A stretch of 54,752 nucleotides of DNA, counting the filler, from Jimgerdemannia flammicorona (lineage: Eukaryota): the NCBI GenBank assembly GCA_003990765.1. It is 2 parts of 2 records of this genome, joined end to end, with 100 filler letters (N's around TTAATTAATTAA, not from the genome) between each part and the next. Parts side by side here need not be neighbours in the genome. Positions count along the whole stretch, not along the records: positions 27,432 to 54,752 come from RBNJ01000639.1; 1 more part is not named here. The stretch is one strand, 5' to 3'. The notes beneath the pieces were generated by a model, which worked only from the letters and a program-made list of their open reading frames with translations, was not told the origin of the DNA and did no database searches. The position numbers and the translations under genes are program-made. This document shows positions 50,386 to 54,752 of this stretch, in pieces; within the stretch, counting starts at the first letter, position 1, and each line of letters starts with the position of its first letter.

Positions 50386-51343
50386 GTCCTTGCTGAGTTC
50401 GGGCCATTCTAGAGCTGAGGCTCCACTAGCAGAGAGCCTCCAGGCTCTGAGGTTGAGGTGTGGCCATCTGGCTCCAGTGGAGGGGTCTCAGAGATAGTTA
50501 ATTCTCCTTCTTCCTATAGGGTCTAGGGCTTCCATGAAGTTGGTGGCATCTTCTGCCCATCCTTGGCAGATTGTATGTCTGATGAGAGCTAGGATATCTT
50601 CTCCTAAATCATAGATCTTGAGGATTCTTCTTTCTGGCTTCTTGGTTCAGCTTTTTTTGGATCTGACCTCTGTTGTCTCCTTTCTTTAAAGTATGAACTG
50701 CAACATCATGACTGAGGTGAATCTTCTGATGTCTGCAGTCTCAGCAGTCAGGGTGTCTCCCATGGTTGCAATATCTCATTGCTTGGAAGTGGTGTTCCCA
50801 GCTATTGATCTCTTGTTGCCTTAGGAATTGGTACCCATCTTGATCATAAGTTGGGGGAAGGGTAGACAAGGGATATATTTCTGTTTGAGTGAAGAAGCCT
50901 TGTCCTCTAAATCAACTTTGTAATCTTGTGGTAACTTTTTGAAAGGTGGTTGACTGTGCAAGTGTAGTTGGGGGTTCTGGTCTCTGGGGTCTCTGTCTTT
51001 CTTGTTGATCCAACAGATGACACTGATAGCAGTAGTCTCTGGGAGAGTGGAAGGCCATTTGGTATAGACACCTTCCAAGCTGAAAAGCCTTCTCTTGGTG
51101 AGTTTCTTTCTTGGGAATAATGGTGATTATACTGGATCCTTCTTCCATATTCCAAGGGTCATCATCTTCAGGTGGTGTCCAATGAGGATTATCCCAAGGA
51201 ATGAGTTCAGGGACTTCTTCTTCTTCAGGTGCTTCTTGTTCAGGGACTTCTTGATCAGAAGTTTCTTCTTCCTCAGATGATTCTTGACCCCAGATTGCTT
51301 GTACTTCTGCTGCTTCAGTTGCAGGTGTCTCTGGAACATGTCT

Positions 51344-51457
51344 GCATTTCTTCTTCTTCCTTCTGCATTCTGAGCAGGCTGTGCCAGGCAATTTCCTTGT
51401 TCCCATAATCTTGGAGGAGTGCTCAGGACACCTGTGTCTCTTGAGGCAGATAGGGCA
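51344..51457 (-). other. Zn2Cys6-like six-cysteine module in the polyprotein
   Basis: CPICLKRHRC-x17-CSECRRKKKKC; the homologous segment in copy B (43316-43430) shows C>Y transitions. Confidence 0.55.
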
Positions 51458-51699
51458 TCCTTTGGCTTCTCCTGCAATAGCTCTAATGGTTATGGGAATG
51501 GTATTCTTAGCCCATACATTGTCTTCTGGTCTGTCATCCACCAGGTTAATTTGGGGATTGAGTCTGGGATCATTTCCATTTTCGGATTCTTCCTCTTCTT
51601 CTGTGGTAGATTCTTCACTACTGGCATATTCTTCCTGAATAGTAACCTTCTTCTTCTTCTTTGATTGCTCATAGCTAGTCACCTTAACTCTATATTTCT

Positions 51700-52050
51700 T
51701 GCCTCGATAATCAAACTTGAGTACTTGTTGGCCAATATCAACAACTGTATTCATTTCCTTCATCCAGTTGGTGCCAAGAATCATGTCATAGATGACAGCT
51801 TTGGTGACAACAGCTTTAGGGATAGAGAACTAAATGTGTCCAAGAGAGATAGTGATATTCTGTACTTCTCCAAGGGTTGAGTTCGGGCTCCATCTGCTAC
51901 TATAATGCTGAGGTTGGATGGTCCATCAATGGGCCATTGAAGGGTGTCCAGAAACCATTTGGCAATGACACAGACAGCTGCTCCTATGTCTATGAGGATC
52001 TTCGCCTTTTGTCCTCCAATATCTCTATGTAGGTAGGTGCCGACATGTCT
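51700..52050 (-). pseudogene. Aspartic protease, copy C
   Basis: ILIDIGAAV (copy B LIDTEVA, consensus DTGA), IIVADG, ILGTNW. Confidence 0.85.
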
Positions 52051-52639
52051 TTCAGCTGCCTGAATAGAGATGGGAACTAGTTCTTGCTGTGGGATTGGGA
52101 CTCGGCCAGTGCTAGACCTGGTGGTTCTCAGCAATTTGTTTTGGACTCCAGCTGGTATCAGTTGCAGGAACTGCAGGAGGGGAACTTCCATCTTGGTCTC
52201 TTGGATCTTCTGCCAGGCTTCATTGTAGATGTCTCTAGGCATGGTCTTTGGGGTATACTTTTTCTTGGGCTTTGGGGCAATAGGTCCCTATTCTTCTTGT
52301 TCCATTTCTTCATCCTCTGATGGCAACTCATTTGTCTTGGGAACAAAAGGTGAGGGGGTTCAGGGAGGTGTTTCTACCTGCTCCTCTTCATGTTCTTCAT
52401 CCTCCTCTTGGATAATTCTTCTGCTGATGTTCCTAGATGGCCTTCCAACAGGTCTCTTCCTCTTCTCTGCTGGATAGACTGTTTTTTGGGTGGCAACCTT
52501 GGTAGGGTACAAGTCTAGATCACTGTAGTCTTCACTGTTGCTTGTTTCCTTGAAATCTTCAACAGGATGGGCTTCAGTTTTCTTGTACTGAGGGTCATTC
52601 CTTTGGTTCGGTAGTTCTGAGTCTCTTCGGTCACTTCTT

Positions 52640-54060
52640 TTGTTGTCACATTCAGTGGCATAGTGTCCAAATTGTCCACAGTAGAAGCATTGAACTTGAG
52701 CTATCTCAGACAGGGTACCTTCTTTCTTCTTGCTGGTAATTCCTGTTATCTCTTGGTAGATAACCTTGGCTCCTCTGTGGTGGGTATTCTCTATTATCTT
52801 GGTAGCTCTGATTTTCACATGTGGTGAGTTTTTCAATCTGTCCAACCAATTGGTCCAACTTGGAGCTGAGGTCTTGGATTTCACTTCTGTCCTTCTTTCC
52901 TTCTTTGGCTGGTTTTCTTTCTTCGAACCTTTCTTGTCCTTGCAGGAGTCCTTGTAGGGCCTTGACCAGGATGTCTTCCTTATCTTCTTTCTTATCATGA
53001 TCACTCCAGGTAGTTCTTTGTCTGATATCAATGAATCCTTGGGCTGCATCTACTTGCTCCTTAGACCTTCTGATGCCTAGAGTACAGACATGTTGGGCAA
53101 TGTTTGGATTCTATTCATGAAGGTCATTGGACCTATGATGTCCTGGTTGGTGGCATTGAATCCAGCTGCATGCATTCTCTTCTGAATTCTTATGAAGAAG
53201 GCCCTGGGTGATTCTCCAAGATTCATCTTCATCCCCATGATGGATTCTTGAGCCTTGTGGCAGGTTTCATTTCCTGCATACTTTTCAATGAGCCAGTGGA
53301 CCATGGCCTCATATTCTTGCTCTTCAGACATTGCAGCTTATATCTGTCTTGTCAGTTCTGAATCTGGATTGCCTGCTGTTTGATAGAAAATTCCTCTGGC
53401 TGGTTCTCTAAGCTGGGCCTTATAGATGGCGATTTTTCTTTTATCTGAGAGGTTCCTTAGAGCTGCGATTCCTTCGATTCCATCAAGAAATTCTCTGGGG
53501 TCTTCCTCTGGATATCCTGCAAAGGTTGGCAATGAGGTGGCCATTTTGTCATCACTTTCTTCTGATTCTGGTTCAGGTCCAGGTTCTGATTCTGGTTCAC
53601 TTTCTGAGCTGTCACTGGAAATAGGAGTGCTTGGGTATTCTGAGGATGGTGTTCGGGACCTTGGATGAAGTAGAATAGGCCTAGGTATTCTGGTAGGAGC
53701 TATTTCCAATTCTTCAAGAGTTTGTAGTAAGGGTTCTATTGGTGAAATTGATGGGACTGGTATGGGGTGTCTGGCTTTAAGATCTCGGGTTTATGTAATA
53801 AGGTCTTCTAATTCTTGTACGAGTTCTCCGAAATCTCTGGTGGGGCTGCCTGTATTGTCTGGTTGATCTGGTTGGGGATCCTGGGCTGTACTGCCTTCTG
53901 GTTCTGGTTGGGATCCTTCTGATGCTGGGTAATTGGCAAGTCTTGAGGTAATTATTTCTCTTCTTGTCCAGATACTGGTGATAACTGGTTCTCCTATAGT
54001 AGCAGAGATTGGTGTTGTATCAAATGTATCCAGTTTGACTGTGGGTTCTTGTGAGCTGAA
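52640..54060 (-). pseudogene. gag with CCHC zinc knuckle, copy C
   Basis: LPTFAGYPEEDPREFL gag motif; CFYCGQFGHYATEC; stops and frameshifts. Confidence 0.9.
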
Positions 54061-54082
54061 AAGTCATATTGATTTTGAAATT

Positions 54083-54100
54083 TTCCCAGTTGAGCCCCCA
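54083..54100 (-). other. Primer-binding site, tRNA-Pro type (copy C)
   Basis: TGGGGGCTCAACTGGGAA 2 nt from the LTR terminal ACA; identical to copy A. Confidence 0.78.
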
Positions 54101-54102
54101 AA

Positions 54103-54660
54103 TGTAATATGCCTGGCTCAATGGAGGCAAATTACAAGGTTGGGGGTTGATGTAGTTTGGCTTGAGCCCCTAGTTACTTTGTCAAAAAGCAATAAAATGT
54201 TCTAAGGTTCCTGAGGTCATTGGTGTTTAGTGGTATAATAGTCAAAGCTGGATGTCTGCAAGCGATTTTGGTGATTTCCTTAGTGAGATGGTTCTCTGGG
54301 TATAGCGGCAGTTTGTGTGAATGGGTTTCCTTCTTGGGTCAACTGAGAATAGCAGAATTTATGTATAGTGCAAGCAGTTTCCTTCTTGAGTAGTGGGTGA
54401 TTTCTGTGTAGTGCAAAGATCTCTTTACATGATGGTCTGGCAATTTAGCGGTTCTCCTTATGTGATTTCTGTATGGCGATCTTGTGTAGTGTGGCAATTT
54501 CTAAAAATGTGCAATTTCTGGCAGATGGCTTGATTTGGCATGGCTTCCCTGAAATAGTGGCTTACTGGGAATTATACTGGTAGTGGATTCTTCTTGGGCT
54601 CACTGGGAATGATGAATAACTTGGATGTCATGGATTCAGCTTCAACTAGGAATACTACTT
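54103..54660 (-). repeat. 5' LTR of copy C (partial)
   Basis: Colinear with 45130-45680, differing mainly by transitions. Confidence 0.9.
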
Positions 54661-54752
54661 GAGGGGGGGTCCTTGTGGGATAGGTTGAGGGTTCAGGATA
54701 TATTACTCTTACTATAGACACATTAATAAAGGGAGTCCAAGTGACTATAAAA
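54661..54752 (+). mobile_element. Severely 5'-truncated LINE 3' end inserted in the LTR
   Basis: Ends AATAAAGGGAGTCCAAGTGACTATAAAA, matching the 3' terminus of the LINE at 27432-27462 (reverse complement); preceded by a GVLVG*-type ORF2 end. Confidence 0.8.

Larger units (their letters stand above)
45130..54660 (-). mobile_element. Ty3/gypsy copy C, nearly complete (both LTRs; 5' LTR interrupted at 54660)
   Basis: Order PBS-gag-CCHC-PR-Cys-rich-dUTPase-RT-RH-IN-accessory ORF-PPT; RT-RH-IN order is gypsy-type; the two LTRs are highly similar. Confidence 0.95.

Noticed and set aside
27432..54752. Inverted repeats at both ends of contig 2 as TIRs of a giant DNA transposon or linear replicon
   Set aside because: Both ends are LINE 3' ends with AATAAA and poly-A, where assemblies commonly break; similarity is limited to ~30 nt

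Overview
Fungal genomic DNA with spliceosomal GT-AG introns and a Byr4/Bfa1 gene; an early-diverging (Mucoromycota-like) origin is my inference. The window is two contigs joined by an artificial 100-nt N/TTAATTAATTAA linker (27332-27431). Contig 1 holds, in order: the 3' end of a chromodomain Ty3/gypsy element whose putative ~1.75-kb LTR contains a ~365-codon accessory ORF; a decayed L1/Tx1-like LINE abutting an LPMO-like pseudogene; an intact 8-exon copper amine oxidase; a 73-aa WWE-like gene; a multi-exon byr4/bfa1 gene; and a secreted Cys-rich, ricin-B-like protein. Contig 2 is a nested transposon cluster: a near full-length LINE, three copies (A, B, C) of a tRNA-Pro-primed Ty3/gypsy family, an extremely AT-mutated copia gag relic and a LINE 3' tail. 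The polyprotein of copies B and C carries a dUTPase and a Zn2Cys6-like module. The main finding is that the chromovirus LTR ORF and an unannotated ORF behind the integrase of the dUTPase-gypsy copies appear homologous, suggesting a shared accessory gene family of fungal LTR retroelements. All transposon copies show CpG-directed and then CpA-directed C-to-T decay. All calls come from manual translation and motif recognition; no searches were run.
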